From Eledone cirrhosa (Eukaryota), in contig OZ024760.1 in assembly GCA_964016885.1 (NCBI GenBank), positions 30,070,001 through 30,134,000 of the forward strand: DNA of 64,000 bases. The letters are read 5' to 3'. A program made the translations under genes and the position numbers. The notes below the pieces were generated by a model that searched no databases, was not told where the DNA came from, and saw only the letters and a program-made list of their open reading frames with translations. This document shows, piece after piece, positions 45,225 through 60,999 of this stretch; position 1 is the stretch's first letter; each line of letters opens with the position of its first letter.

Positions 45225-48200
45225 TAATGTAATGTAATGTAATGTAGTGTGTAATGTAATGTAATGTAATGTATAATTTAATGTGATGTAATGTAACGTA
45301 ATGTAATGTGTAATGTAATGTAGTGTGTAATGTAATGTAATGTAACGTAATGTCATGTAAGGAAATGTAATATTTAATATGTAATGTAATGTAATGTAAT
45401 GTGAAATGTAATGTAATGTAATGTAATATAATGTAATGTAATGTGTAATGTAATGTAATGTAATGTAATGTAATATGTAATGTGATGTAATGTAATGTAA
45501 TGTAATGTAATGTGTAATGAAATGTAATGTAATGTAATGTAATGTAATATGTAATGTAATGTAATGTAATGTGTAATGTAATGTAATGTAATGTTATGTA
45601 ATGTAATGTGTAATGTAATGTAATGTGTAATGTAATGTAATGTAATGTAACGTGTAATGTAATGTAATGTAACATAATGTGTAATGTAATGTAATGTAAT
45701 GTAATGTGTAATGTGTAATGTAATTTAATGTAATGTAATGTAATGTAATGTAATGTAATGTAATGTAATGTAATGTAATGTAATGTAATGTAATGTGTAA
45801 TGTAATGTAACTTAATGTAATTTAATGTAATTTAATGTAATATAAAGTAATGTGTAATATGTAATGTAATGTAATGTAATGTAATGTAATGTAATGTAAT
45901 GTAATGTAATATGTAATGTAATGTAATGTAATGTAATTTAATGTAATGTCTAATGTAATGTAATGTGTAATGTGTAATGTAATGTAATGTAATGTAATTT
46001 AATGTAATGTCTATTGTAATGTAATGTAGTGTAATGTAATGTAATGTAAGGTAATATGTAATGTAATGTAATGTAATGTAATGTAATGTAATATATTGTA
46101 ATGTAATGTGTAATGTAATGTAATGTAATGTAATGTGTAATGTAATGTAATGTACTGTAATGTAATGTAATGTAATGTAATGTAATGTGTAACGTAATGT
46201 AATGTAATGTAATATAATGTAATGTAATATAATGTAATGTAATGTAATGTAATGTAATGTGTAATGCAATGTAACGTAATGTAATGTAATGTAATGTAAT
46301 ATGTAATGTAATTTAATGTAATGCAATGTAATGTAATGTAATGTAATGTAATGTAATGTAATGTAATGTAATGTAATGTAATGTAATGTAATGTAATGTA
46401 ATGTAATGTAATGTAATGTGTAATGTAATGTAATTTAATGTAATGTCTAATGTAACGTAATGTAATGTAATGTAATGTAATGTAATGTAATGTGTAATGT
46501 AATGTAACGTAATGTAATGTAACTTAATATTTAATGTAATGTAATGTAATGTAATGTGTAATGTAATGTGTAATGTAATGTAATGTAATGTAATGTAATG
46601 TAATGTAATGTAATGTAATCTGTAATGTAGTTTAATGTAATGTAATGTGTAACGTAATGTAACGTAATGTAATGTAATGTAATGTGTAATGTAATGTAAT
46701 GTAATGTAATGTAATGTAATGTAATGTAATGTAATGTGTAATGTAATGTAATGTAATGTAATTTAATGTAATGTCTAATGTAATGTAATGTGTAATGTGT
46801 AATGTAATGTAATGTAATGTAATTTAATGTAATGTCTAATGTAATGTAATGTAGTGTAATCCAATGTAATGTAAGGTAATATGTAATGTAATGTAATGTA
46901 ATGTAATGTAATGTAATGTATTGTAATGTAATGTGTAATGTAATGTAATGTAATGTAATGTAATGTAATGTGTAATGTAATGTAATGTACTGTAATGTAA
47001 TGTAATGTAATGTAATGTAATGTAATGTGTAACGTAATGTAATGTAATGTAATATAATGTAATGTAATATAATGTAATGTAATGTAATGTAATGTGTAAT
47101 GTAATGTAACGTAATGTAATGTAATGTAATGTAATATGTAATGTAATTTAATGTAATGCAATGCAATGCAATGCAATGTAATGTAATGTAATGTAATGTA
47201 ATGTAATGTAATGTAATGTAATGTAATGTAATGTAATGTAATGTAATGTAATGTAATGTAATGTAATGTAATGTGTAATGTAATGTAATTTAATGTAATG
47301 TCTAATGTAACGTAATGTAATGTAATGTAATGTAATGTAATGTAATGTGTAATGTAATGTAACGTAATGTAATGTAACTTAATGTTTAATGTAATGTAAT
47401 GTAATGTAATGTGTAATGTAATGTGTAATGTAATGTAATGTAATGTAATGTAATGTAATGTAATGTAATCTGTAATGTAGTTTAATGTAATGTAATGTGT
47501 AAAGTAATGTAATGTAATGTAATGTAATGTAATGTGTAATGTAATGTAATGTAATGTAATGTAATGTAATGTAATGTGTAATGTAATGTAATATAATGTA
47601 ATGTAATGTGTAATGTAATGTAATGTAATGTAATGTAATGTAATGTATAATGTAATGTAATGTAATGTAACGTGTAATGTAATGTAATGTACTGTAATGT
47701 AATGTAATGTAATGTAATATGTAATGTAATGTAATGTAATGTAATTTAATGTAATGTCTAATGTAAAGTAATGTAATGTAATGTAATGTAATGTAATGTA
47801 ATGTAATGTAATGTAATGTAATGTAATGTAATGTAATGTAGTATGTAATGTTATGTAATGTAATGTAATGTAATGTGTAATGTAATGTAATGTAATGTAA
47901 TGTAATGCAATGTAATGTAATGTAATGTAATATGTAATGTAATGTAATGTAATGTAATTTAATGTAATGTCTAATGTAATGTAATGTAATGTAATGTAAT
48001 GTAATGTAATGTAATGTAATGTAATGTGTAATGTAATGTAATGTAATGTAATGTAATGTAATGTAATGTAATGTGTAATGTAATGTAATGTAATGTGTAA
48101 TGTAATGTAACGTAATGTAATGTAATGTAATGTAATGTAATGTAATGTAATGTAATGTGTAATGTAATGTAATGTAATGTAATGTAATGTAATGTGTAAT

Positions 48201-51200
48201 GTAATGTAATGTAATATAATGTAATGTGTAATGTAATGTAATGTAATGTATAATGTAATGTAATGTAATGTAATGTGTAATGTAATGTAATGTAATGTAA
48301 TGTAATGTGTAATGTAATGTAATGTAATGTAATGTAATGTGTAATGTAACGTAATGTAATGTAATGTGTAATGTGTAATGTAATGTAATGTAATGTAATG
48401 TGTAATGTAATGTAATGTAATGTAATGTAATGTAATATAATGTAATGTAATGTGTAATGCAATGTAACGTAATGTAATGTAATGTGTAATGTAATGTAAT
48501 GTAATGTAATGTAATGTAATATATTGTGTAATGTGATGTAATGTAATGTAATGTAGTATGTAATGTAATGTAATGTAATGTAATATGTAATGTAATGTAA
48601 TGTAATGTAATGTAATGTAATGTAATGTAATATGTGATGTAATGTAATGTGTAATGTAATGTAATGTAATGTAATGTAATGTAACGTGTAATGTAATATA
48701 ATGTGTAATGTAATGTAATGTAATGTAATGTAATGTAATGTGTAATGTAATGTAAGTCAATGCAATGCAATGCAATGAAATTCAATGCAATGCAATGCAA
48801 TGCAATGTAATGTAATGTAATGTAATGTAATGTAATGTAATGTGTAATATAATGTAAAGTATAATGTAATGTAATGTAATGTAATGTAATGTAATGTAAT
48901 GTAATTCAATGTAATGTAATTTACTGTAATATGTAATGTAATGTAATGTAATGTAATGTAATGTAATGTAACGTAACGTAATGTAATGTAATGTGTAATG
49001 TAATGTAATGTAATGCAATGTGTAATGTAATGTAATGTGTAATGTGTAATGTAATGTAATGTAATGTAATGTAATGTAATGTAATGTGTAATGTAATGTA
49101 ATTTAATGTAATGTCTAATGTAATGTAATGTAATGTAATGTGTAATGTAATGTAACGTAATGTAATGTAACTTAATGTTTAATGTAATGTAATGTAATGT
49201 AATGTAATGTAATGTAATGTAATGTAATGTAATGTAATGTGTAATGTAATGTAATGTAATGTAATGTAATGTAATGTAATATAATGCAATGTAATATGTA
49301 ATGTAATTTAATGTAATGTAATATAATGTAATGTGTAATGTAATGTGTAATGTAATGTAATGTAATTTAACGTAATGTCTAATGTAATGTAATGTAATGT
49401 AATGTAATGTAATGTCATGTAATGTAATGTGTAATGTAATGTAATGTAATGTAATGTAATGTAATGTAATGTAATGTAATGTAATGTAATGTGTAATGTA
49501 ATGTAATGTAATGTAATGTAATGTAACGTAATGTAACATAATGTAATGTGTAATGTATTGTAATGTAATGTAATGTGTAATGTAATGTAATGTGTAATGT
49601 AATGTAATGTAATGTGTAATGTGTAATGTAATGTAATGTAATGTAATGTAATGTAATGTAATGTGTAATGTAATGTAATGTAATGTGTAAAGTAATGTAA
49701 TGTAATGTAATGTAATGTAATGTGTAATGTAATGTAATGTAATGTAATGTGTAATGTAATGTAATGTAATGTAATGTAATGTGTAATGTAATGTAATGTA
49801 ATGTAATGTAATGTATGATGTAATGTAATGTAATGTAACGTGTAATGTAATGTAAGGTAATGTAATTTAATGTAATGTAATGTAATGTAATGTGTAATGT
49901 AATGTAGTGTAATGTAATGCAATGCAATGCAATGCAATGCAATGCAATGCAATGAAATGCAATGTAATGCAATGTAATGTAATGTAATGTAATGTAGTGT
50001 GTAATGTAATGTAATGTAATGTATAATTTAATGTGATGTAATGTAACGTAATGTAATGTGTAATGTAATGTAGTGTGTAATGTAATGTAATGTAACGTAA
50101 TGTCATGTAAGGAAATGTAATATTTAATATGTAATGTAATGTAATGTAATGTGAAATGTAATGTAATGTAATGTAATATAATGTAATGTAATGTGTAATG
50201 TAATGTAATGTAATGTAATGTAATGTAATATGTAATGTCATGTAATGTAATGTAATATAATGTAATGTGTAATGAAATGTAATGTAATGTAATGTAATGT
50301 AATATGTAATGTAATGTAATGTAATGTGTAATGTAATGTAATGTAATGTTATGTAATGTAATGTGTAATGTAATGTAATGTGTAATGTAATGTAATGTAA
50401 TGTAACGTGTAATGTAATGTAATGTAACATAATGTGTAATGTAATGTAATGTAATGTAATGTGTAATGTGTAATGTAATTTAATGTAATGTAATGTAATG
50501 TAATGTAATGTAATGTAATGTAATGTAATGTGTAATGTAATGTAACTTAATGTAATTTAATGTAATTTAATGTAATATAAAGTAATGTGTAATGTGTAAT
50601 GTAATGTAATGTAATGTAATGTAATATGTAATGTAATGTAATGTAATGTAATTTAATGTAATGTCTAATGTAATGTAATGTGTAATGTGTAATGTAATGT
50701 AATGTAATGTAATTTAATGTAATGTCTATTGTAATGTAATGTAGTGTAATGTAATGTAATGTAAGGTAATATGTAATGTAATGTAATGTAATGTAATGTA
50801 ATATATTGTAATGTAATGTGTAATGTAATGTAATGTAATGTAATGTGTAATGTAATGTAATGTACTGTAATGTAATGTAATGTAATGTAATGTAATGTGT
50901 AACGTAATGTAATGTAATGTAATATAATGTAATGTAATATAATGTAATGTAATGTAATGTAATGTAATGTGTAATGCAATGTAACGTAATGTAATGTAAT
51001 GTAATGTAATATGTAATGTAATTTAATGTAATGCAATGTAATGTAATGTAATGTAATGTAATGTAATGTAATGTAATGTAATGTAATGTAATGTAATGTA
51101 ATGTAATGTAATGTAATGTAATGTAATGTAATGTAATGTAATGTAATGTAATGTGTAATGTAATGTAATTTAATGTAATGTCTAATGTAACGTAATGTAA

Positions 51201-52949
51201 TGTAATGTAATGTAATGTAATGTAATGTAATGTGTAATGTAATGTAACGTAATGTAATGTAACTTAATGTTTAATGTAATGTAATGTAATGTAATGTGTA
51301 ATGTAATGTGTAATGTAATGTAATGTAATGTAATGTAATGTAATGTAATGTAATGTAATGTAATGTAATGTAATCTGTAATGTAGTTTAATGTAATGTAA
51401 TGTGTAACGTAATGTAATGTAATGTAATGTAATGTAATGTGTAATGTAATGTAATGTAATGTAATGTAATGTAATGTAATGTAATGTAATGTGTAATGTA
51501 ATGTAATATAATGTAATGTAATGTGTAATGTAATGTAATGTAATGTATAATGTAATGTAATGTAATGTAACGTGTAATGTAATGTAATGTACTGTAATGT
51601 AATGTAATGTAATGTAATATGTAATGTAATGTAATGTAATGTAATTTAATGTAATGTCTAATGTAATGTAATGTAATGTAATGTAATGTAATGTAATGTA
51701 ATGTAATGTAGTATGTAATGTAATGTAATGTAATGTAATGTAATGTGTAATGTAATGTAATGTAATGTAATGTAATGTAATGTAATGCAATGTAATGTAA
51801 TGTAATGTAATATGTAATGTAATGTAATGTAATGTAATTTAATGTAATGTCTAATGTAATGTAATGTAATGTAATGTAATGTAATGTAATGTAATGTGTA
51901 ATGTAATGTAATGTAATGTAATGTAATGTAATGTAATGTAATGTAATGTAATGTGTAATGTAATGTAATGTAATGTGTAATGTAATGTAACGTAATGTAA
52001 TGTAATGTAATGTAATGTAATGTAATGTAATGTGTAATGTAATGTAATGTAATGTAATGTAATGTGTAATGTAATGTAATGTAATATAATGTAATGTGTA
52101 ATGTAATGTAATGTAATGTATAATGTAATGTAATGTAATGTGTAATGTAATGTAATGTAATGTAATGTGTAATGTAATGTAATGTAATGTAATGTAATGT
52201 GTAATTTAACGTAATGTAATGTAATGTGTAATGTGTAATGTAATGTAATGTAATGTGTAATGTAATGTAATGTAATGTAATGTAATGTAATATAATGTAA
52301 TGTAATGTGTAATGCAATGTAACGTAATATAATGTAATGTGTAATGTAATGTAATGTAATGTAATGTAATATATTGTGTAATGTGATGTAATGTAATGTA
52401 ATGTAGTATGTAATGTAATGTAATGTAATGTAATATGTAATGTAATGTAATGTAATGTAATGTAATGTAATGTAATATGTGATGTAATGTAATGTGTAAT
52501 GTAATGTAATGTAATGTAATGTAATGTAATGTAACGTGTAATGTAATATAATGTGTAATGTAATGTAATGTAATGTAATGTAATGTAATGTGTAATGTAA
52601 TGTAAGTCAATGCAATGCAATGCAATGCAATGAAATTCAATGCAATGCAATGCAATGTAATGTAATGTAATGTAATGTAATGTAATGTAATGTAATGTAA
52701 TGTAATGTAATGTAATGTAATGTGTAATGTAATGTAAAGTATAATGTAATGTAATGTAATGTAATGTAATGTAATGTAATGTAATGTAATGCAATGTAAT
52801 GTAATTTACTGTAATATGTAATGTAATGTAATGTAATGTAATGTAATGTAATGTAACGTAACGTAATGTAATGTAATGTGTAATGTAATGTAATGTAATG
52901 CAATGTGTAATGTAATGTAATGTGTAATGTGTAATGTAATGTAATGTAA

Positions 52950-55900
52950 TGTAATGTAATGTAATGTGTAATGTAATGTAATTTAATGTAATGTCTAATG
53001 TAATGTAATGTAATGTAATGTGTAATGTAATGTAACGTAATGTAATGTAACTTAATGTTTAATGTAATGTAATGTAATGTAATGTAATGTAATGTAATGT
53101 AATGTAATGTAATGTAATGTAATGTAATGTGTAATGTAATGTAATGTAATGTAATGTAATGTAATATAATGCAATGTAATATGTAATGTAATTTAATGTA
53201 ATGTAATATAATGTAATGTGTAATGTAATGTGTAATGTAATGTAATGTAATTTAACGTAATGTCTAATGTAATGTAATGTAATGTAATGTAATGTAATGT
53301 CATGTAATGTAATGTGTAATGTAATGTAATGTAATGTAATGTAATGTAATGTAATGTAATGTGTAATGTAATGTAATGTAATGTAATGTAATGTAACGTA
53401 ATGTAACATAATGTAATGTGTAATGTATTGTAATGTAATGTAATGTGTAATGTAATGTAATGTAATGTCTAATGTGTAATGTAATGTAATGTAATGTAAT
53501 GTAATGTAATGTAATGTAATGTAATGTGTAATGTAATGTAATGTAATGTGTAAAGTAATGTAATGTAATGTAATGTAATGTAATGTGTAATGTAATGAAA
53601 TGTAATGTAATGTGTAATGTAATGTAATGTAATGTAATGTAATGTGTAATGTAATGTAATGTAATGTAATGTATGATGTAATGTAATGTAATGTAACGTG
53701 TAATGTAATGTACTGTAATGTAATGTAATGTAATATGTAATGTAATGTAAGGTAATGTAATTTAATGTAATGTAATGTAATGTAATGTGTAATGTAATGT
53801 AATGTAATGTAATGTGTAATGTAATGTAATGTAATGTAATGCAATGCAATGCAATGCAATGCAATGCAATGCAATGCAATGCAATGAAATGCAATGTAAT
53901 GCAATGTAATGTAATGTAATGTAAAGTAGTGTGTAATGTAATGTAATGTAATGTATAATTTAATGTGATGTAATGTAACGTAATGTAATGTGTAATGTAA
54001 TGTAGTGTGTAATGTAATGTAATGTAACGTAATGTCATGTAAGGAAATGTAATATTTAATATGTAATGTAATGTAATGTAATGTGAAATGTAATGTAATG
54101 TAATATAATGTAATGTGATGTGTAATGTAATGTAATGTAATGTAATGTAATATGTAATGTAATGTAATGTAATGTAATGTGTAATGAAATGTAATGTAAT
54201 GTAATGTAATGTAATATGTAATGTAATGTAATGTAATGTGTAATGTAATGTAATGTAATGTTATGTAATGTAATGTGTAATGTAATGTAATGTGTAATGT
54301 AATGTAATGTAATGTAATGTGTAATGTAATGTAATGTAACATAATGTGTAATGTAATGTAATGTAATGTAATGTGTAATGTGTAATGTAATTTAATGTAA
54401 TGTAATGTAATGTAATGTAATGTAATGTAATGTGTAATGTAATGTAACTTAGTGGAATTTAATGTAATTTAATGTAATATAAAGTAATGTGTAATGTGTA
54501 ATGTAATGTAATGTAATGTAATGAAATATGTAATGTAATGTAATGTAATGTAATTTAACGTAATGTCTAATGTAATGTAATGCAATGTAATGTAATATGT
54601 AATGAAATGTAATGTAATTTAATGTAATGTCTAATGTAATGTAATGTGTAATGTGTAATGTAATGTAATGTAATGTAATTTAATGTAATGTCTAATGTAA
54701 TGTAATGTAGTGTAATGCAATGTAATGTAATATGTAATGTAATGTAATGTAATGTAATGTAATGTAATGTAATGTAATGTAATGTAATGTGTAATGTAAT
54801 GTAATGTAATGTAATGTGTAATGTAATGTAATGTAATGTAATGTGTAATGTAATGTAATGTACTGTAATGTAATGTAATGTAATGTAATGTGTAACGTAA
54901 TGTAATGTAATGTAATATAATGTAATGTAATATAATATAATGTAACGTAATGTAATGTAATGTGTAATGTAATGTAATTTAATGTAATATGTAATGTAAT
55001 GTAATGTAATGTAATGTAATGTAATGTAATGTAATGTAATGTAATGTAATGTAATGTAATGTAATGTGTAATGTAATGTAATTTAATGTAATGTCTAATG
55101 TAACGTAATGTAATGTAATGTAATGTAATGTAATGTAATGTGTAATGTAATGTAACGTAATGTAATGTAACTTAATGTTTAATATAGTGTAATGTAATGT
55201 AATGTAATGTGTAATGTAATGTGTAATGTAATGTAATGTAATGTAATGTAATGTAATGTGTAATGTAATGTAATGTACTGTAATGTAATGTAATGTAATG
55301 TAATATGTAATGTAATGTAATGTAATGTAATTTAATGTAATGTCTAATGTAAAGTAATGTAATGTAATGTAATGTAATGTAATGTAATGTAATGTAATGT
55401 AATGTAGTATGTAATGTAATGTAATGTAATGTAATGTAATGTGTAATGTAATGTAATGTAATGTAATGTAATGTAATGTAATGCAATGTAATGTAATGTA
55501 ATGTAATATGTAATGTAATGTAATGTAATGTAATTTAATGTAATGTCTAATGTAATGTAATGTAATGTAATGTAATGTAATGTAATGTAATGTAATGTAA
55601 TGTGTAATGTAATGTAATGTAATGTAATGTAATGTAATGTAATGTAATGTAATGTGTAATGTAATGTAATGTAATGTGTAATGTAATGTAACGTAATGTA
55701 ATGTAATGTAATGTAATGTAATGTAATGTGTAATGTAATGTAATGTAATGTAATGTAATGTAATGTGTAATGTAATGTAATGTAATATAATGTAATGTGT
55801 AATGTAATGTAATGTAATGTATAATGTAATGTAATGTAATGTAATGTAATGCGTAATGTAACGTAATGTAATGTAATGTAATGCGTAATGTAACGTAATG

Positions 55901-55950
55901 TAATGTAATGTGTAATGTGTAATGTAATGTAATGTAATGTAATGTAATGT
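52950..55950 (+). repeat. First copy of a ~3 kb (minimum) segment recurring at +8059 bp
   Basis: Identical ORF translation 55172..55486 vs 63231..63545; AACTTAGTGGAATTT only at 54446 and 62505; ORF ends 54342/62401 and 54038/62097. All offsets are 8059. Confidence 0.9.
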
Positions 55951-58900
55951 GTAATGTAATGTAATGTAATGTAATGTAATGTAATGTAATGTAATGTAAT
56001 ATAATGTAATGTAATGTGTAATGCAATGTAACGTAATGTAATGTAATGTGTAATGTAATGTAATGTAATGTAATGTAATATATTGTGTAATGTGATGTAA
56101 TGTAATGTAATGTAGTATGTAATGTAATGTAATGTAATGTAATATGTAATGTAATGTAATGTAATGTAATGTAATGTAATGTAATGTAATATGTGATGTA
56201 ATGTAATGTGTAATGTAATGTAATGTAATGTAATGTAACGTGTAATGTAATATAATGTGTAATGTAATGTAATGTAATGTAATGTAATGTAATGTGTAAT
56301 GTAATGTAAGTCAAAGCAATGCAATGCAATGCAATGAAATTCAATGCAATGCAATGCAATGCAATGTAATGTAATGTAATGTAATGTAATGTAATGTAAT
56401 GTAATGTAATGTGTAATGTAATGTAAAGTATAATGTAATGTAATGTAATGTAATGTAATGTAATGTAATGTAATGCAATGTAATGTAATTTACTGTAATA
56501 TGTAATGTAATGTAATGTAATGTAATGTAATGTAATGTAACGTAACGTAATGTAATGTAATGTGTAATGTAATGTAATGTAATGCAATGTGTAATGTAAT
56601 GTAATGTGTAATGTGTAATGTAATGTAATGTAATGTAATGTAATGTAATGTAATGTAATGTAATGTGTAATGTAATGTAATTTAATGTAATGTCTAATGT
56701 AATGTAATGTAATGTAATGTGTAATGTAATGTAACGTAATGTAATGTAACTTAATGTTTAATGTAATGTAATGTAATGTAATGTAATGTAATGTAATGTA
56801 ATGTAATGTAATTTAACGTAATGTCTAATGTAATGTAATGTAATGTAATGTAATGTAATGTCATGTAATGTAATGTGTAATGTAATGTAATGTAATGTAA
56901 TGTAATGTAATGTAATGTAATGTGTAATGTAATGTAATGTAATGTAATGTAATGTAACATAATGTAACATAATGTAATGTGTAATGTATTGTAATGTAAT
57001 GTAATGTGTAATGTAATGTAATGTGTAATGTAATGTAATGTAATGTGTAATGTGTAATGTAATGTAATGTAATGTAATGTAATGTAATGTGTAATGTAAT
57101 GTAATGTAATGTGTAAAGTAATGTAATGTAATGTAATGTAATGTAATGTGTAATGTAATGTAATGTAATGTAATGTGTAATGTAATGTAATGTAATGTAA
57201 TGTAATGTGTAATGTAATGTAATGTAATGTAATGTAATGTATGATGTAATGTAATGTAATGTAACGTGTAATGTAATGTAATGTACTGTAATGTAATGTA
57301 ATGTAATATGTAATGTAATGTAAGGTAATGTAATTTAATGTAATGTAATGTAATGTAATGTGTAATGTAATGTAATGTAATGCAATGCAATGTAATGCAA
57401 TGCAATGCAATGCAATGCAATGAAATGCAATGTAATGCAATGTAATGCAATGTAATGTAATGTAGTGTGTAATGTAATGTAATGTAATGTATAATTTAAT
57501 GTGATGTAATGTAACGTAATGTAATGTGTAATGTAATGTAGTGTGTAATGTAATGTAATGTAACGTAATGTCATGTAAGGAAATGTAATATTTAATATGT
57601 AATGTAATGTAATGTAATGTGAAATGTAATGTAATGTAATGTAATATAATGTAATGTAATGTGTAATGTAATGTAATGTAATGTAATGTAATATGTAATG
57701 TGATGTAATGTAATGTAATGTGTAATGAAATGTAATGTAATGTAATGTAATGTAATATGTAATGTAATGTAATGTAATGTGTAATGTAATGTAATGTAAT
57801 GTTATGTAATGTAATGTGTAATGTAATGTAATGTGTAATGTAATGTAATGTAATGTGTAATGTAATGTAATGTAACATAATGTGTAATGTAATGTAATGT
57901 AATGTAATGTAATGTGTAATGTAATGTAACTTAATGGAATTTAATGTAATTTAATGTAATATAAAGTAATGTGTAATGTGTAATGTAATGTAATGTAATG
58001 TAATGTAATATGTAATGTAATGTAATGTAATGTAATTTAACGTAATGTCTAATGTAATGTAATGCAATGTAATGTAATATGTAATGTAATGTAATGTAAT
58101 TTAATGTAATGTCTAATGTAATGTAATGTGTAATGTGTAATGTAATGTAATGTAATGTAATTTAATGTAATGTCTAATGTAATGTAATGTAGTGTAATGT
58201 AATGTAATGTAATATGTAATGTAATGTAATGTAATGTAATGTAATGTAATGTAATGTAATGTAATGTGTAATGTAATGTAATGTAATGTAATGTAATGTG
58301 TAATGTAATGTAATGTACTGTAATGTAATGTAATGTAATGTAATGTGTAACGTAATGTAATGTAATGTAATATAATGTAATGTAATATAATGTAATGTAA
58401 TGTAATGTAATGTAATGTAATGTGTAATGTAATGTAATGTAATGTAATATGTAATGTAATTTAATGTAATGTAATGCAATGTAATGTAATGTAATGTAAT
58501 GTAATGTAATGTAATGTAATGTGTAATGTAATGTGTAATGTAATGTAATGTAATGTAACGTAATGTAATGTAATGTGTAATGTAACGTAATGTAATGTAA
58601 TGTAATGTGTAATGTAACGTAATGTAATGTAATGTAATGTAATGTAATGTATTGTGTAATGTAATGTGTAATGTAATGTAATGTAATTTAATGTAATGTC
58701 TAATGTAATGTAATGTAATGTAATGTAATGTAATGTAATGTAATGTAATGTAATGTAATGTGTAATGTAATGTAATGTAATGTAATGTAATGTAATGTAA
58801 TGTAATGTAATGAAATGTAATGTAACATAATGTAATGTGTAATGTAATGTAATGTAATGTAATGTGTAATGTAATGTAATGTGTAATGTACTGTAATGTA

Positions 58901-60065
58901 ATGTAATGTGTAATGTGTAATGTAATGTAATGTAATGTAATGTAATGTAATGTAATGTAATGTAATGTAGTGTGTAATGTAATGTAATGTAATGTATAAT
59001 TTAATGTGATGTAATGTAACGTAATGTAATGTGTAATGTAATGTAGTGTGTAATGTAATGTAATGTAACGTAATGTCATGTAAGGAAATGTAATATGTAA
59101 TGTAACGTAACGTATGATGTAATGTAATGTAATGTAATGTGAAATGTAATGTAATGTAATGTAATATAATGTAATGTAATGTGTAATGTAATGTAATGTA
59201 ATGTAATGTAATATGTAATGTGATGTAATGTAATGTAATGTAATGTGTAATGAAATGTAATGTAATGTAATGTAATGTAATATGTAATGTAATGTAATGT
59301 AATGTGTAATGTAATGTAATGTAATGTTATGTAATGTAATGCGTAATGTAATGTAATGTGTAATGTAATGTAATGTAATGTAATGTGTAATGTAATGTAA
59401 TGTAACATAATGTGTAATGTAATGTAATGTAATGTAATGTAATGTGTAATGTGTAATGTAATTTAATGTAATGTAATGTAATGTAATGTAATGTAATGTA
59501 ATGTGTAATGTAATGTAACTTAATGGAATTTAATGTAATTTAATGTAATATAAAGTAATGTGTAATGTGTAATGTAATGTAATGTAATGTAATGTAATAT
59601 GTAATGTAATGTAATGTAATGTAATTTAACGTAATGTCTAATGTAATGTAATGCAATGTAATGTAATATGTAATGTAATGTAATGTAATGTAATTTAATG
59701 TAATGTCTAATGTAATGTAATGTGTAATGTGTAATGTAATGTAATGTAATGTAATTTAATGTAATGTCTAATGTAATGTAATGTAGTGTAATGTAATGTA
59801 ATGTAAGGTAATATGTAATGTAATGTAATGTAATGTAATGTAATATAATGTAATGTGTAATGTAATGTAATGTAATGTAATGTGTAATGTAATGTAATGT
59901 ACTGTAATGTAATGTAATGTAATGTAATGTGTAACGTAATGTAATGTAATGTAATATAATGTAATGTAATATAATGTAATGTAATGTAATGTAATGTAAT
60001 GTGTAATGTAATGTAACGTAATGTAATGTAATGTAATGTAATATGTAATGTAATTTAATGTAATG

Positions 60066-60264
60066 CAATGCAATGCAATGCAATGCAATGCAATGCAATG
60101 CAATGTAATGTAATGTAATGTAATGTAATGTAATGTAATGTAATGTAATGTAATGTAATGTAATGTAATGTAATGTAATGTAATGTAATGTAATGTAATG
60201 TAATGTAATGTAATGTAATGTAATGTAATGTAATGTAATGTAATGTAATGTAATGTAATGTAAT
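60066..60264 (+). repeat. (CAATG)8 followed by ~31 perfect TAATG units (longest pure run noticed)
   Basis: CAATG x8 at 60066-60105, then uninterrupted TAATG to ~60264. Confidence 0.88.
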
Positions 60265-60999
60265 TTAATGTAATGTCTAATGTATCGTAATGTAATGTAA
60301 TGTAATGTAATGTAATGTGTAATGTAATGTAACGTAATGTAATGTAACTTAATTTTTAATGTAATGTAATGTGTAATGTAATATGTAATGTAATGTAATG
60401 TAATGTGTAATGTAATGTAATGTAATGTTATGTAATGTAATGCGTAATGTAATGTAATGTGTAATGTAATGTAATGTAATGTAATGTGTAATGTAATGTA
60501 ATGTAACATAATGTGTAATGTAATGTAATGTAATGTAATGTAATGTAATGTGTAATGTGTAATGTAATTTAATGTAATGTAATGTAATGTAATGTAATGT
60601 AATGTAATGTGTAATGTAATGTAACTTAATGGAATTTAATGTAATTTAATGTAATATAAAGTAATGTGTAATGTGTAATGTAATGTAATGTAATGTAATG
60701 TAATATGTAATGTAATGTAATGTAATGTAATTTAACGTAATGTCTAATGTAATGTAATGCAATGTAACGTAATATGTAATGTAATGTAATGTAATGTAAT
60801 TTAATGTAATGTCTAATGTAATGTAATGTGTAATGTGTAATGTAATGTAATGTAATGTAATTTAATGTAATGTCTAATGTAATGTAATGTAGTGTAATGT
60901 AATGTAATGTAAGGTAATATGTAATGTAATGTAATGTAATGTAATGTAATGTAATGTAATGTAATGTAATGTGTAATGTAATGTAATGTAATGTAATGT

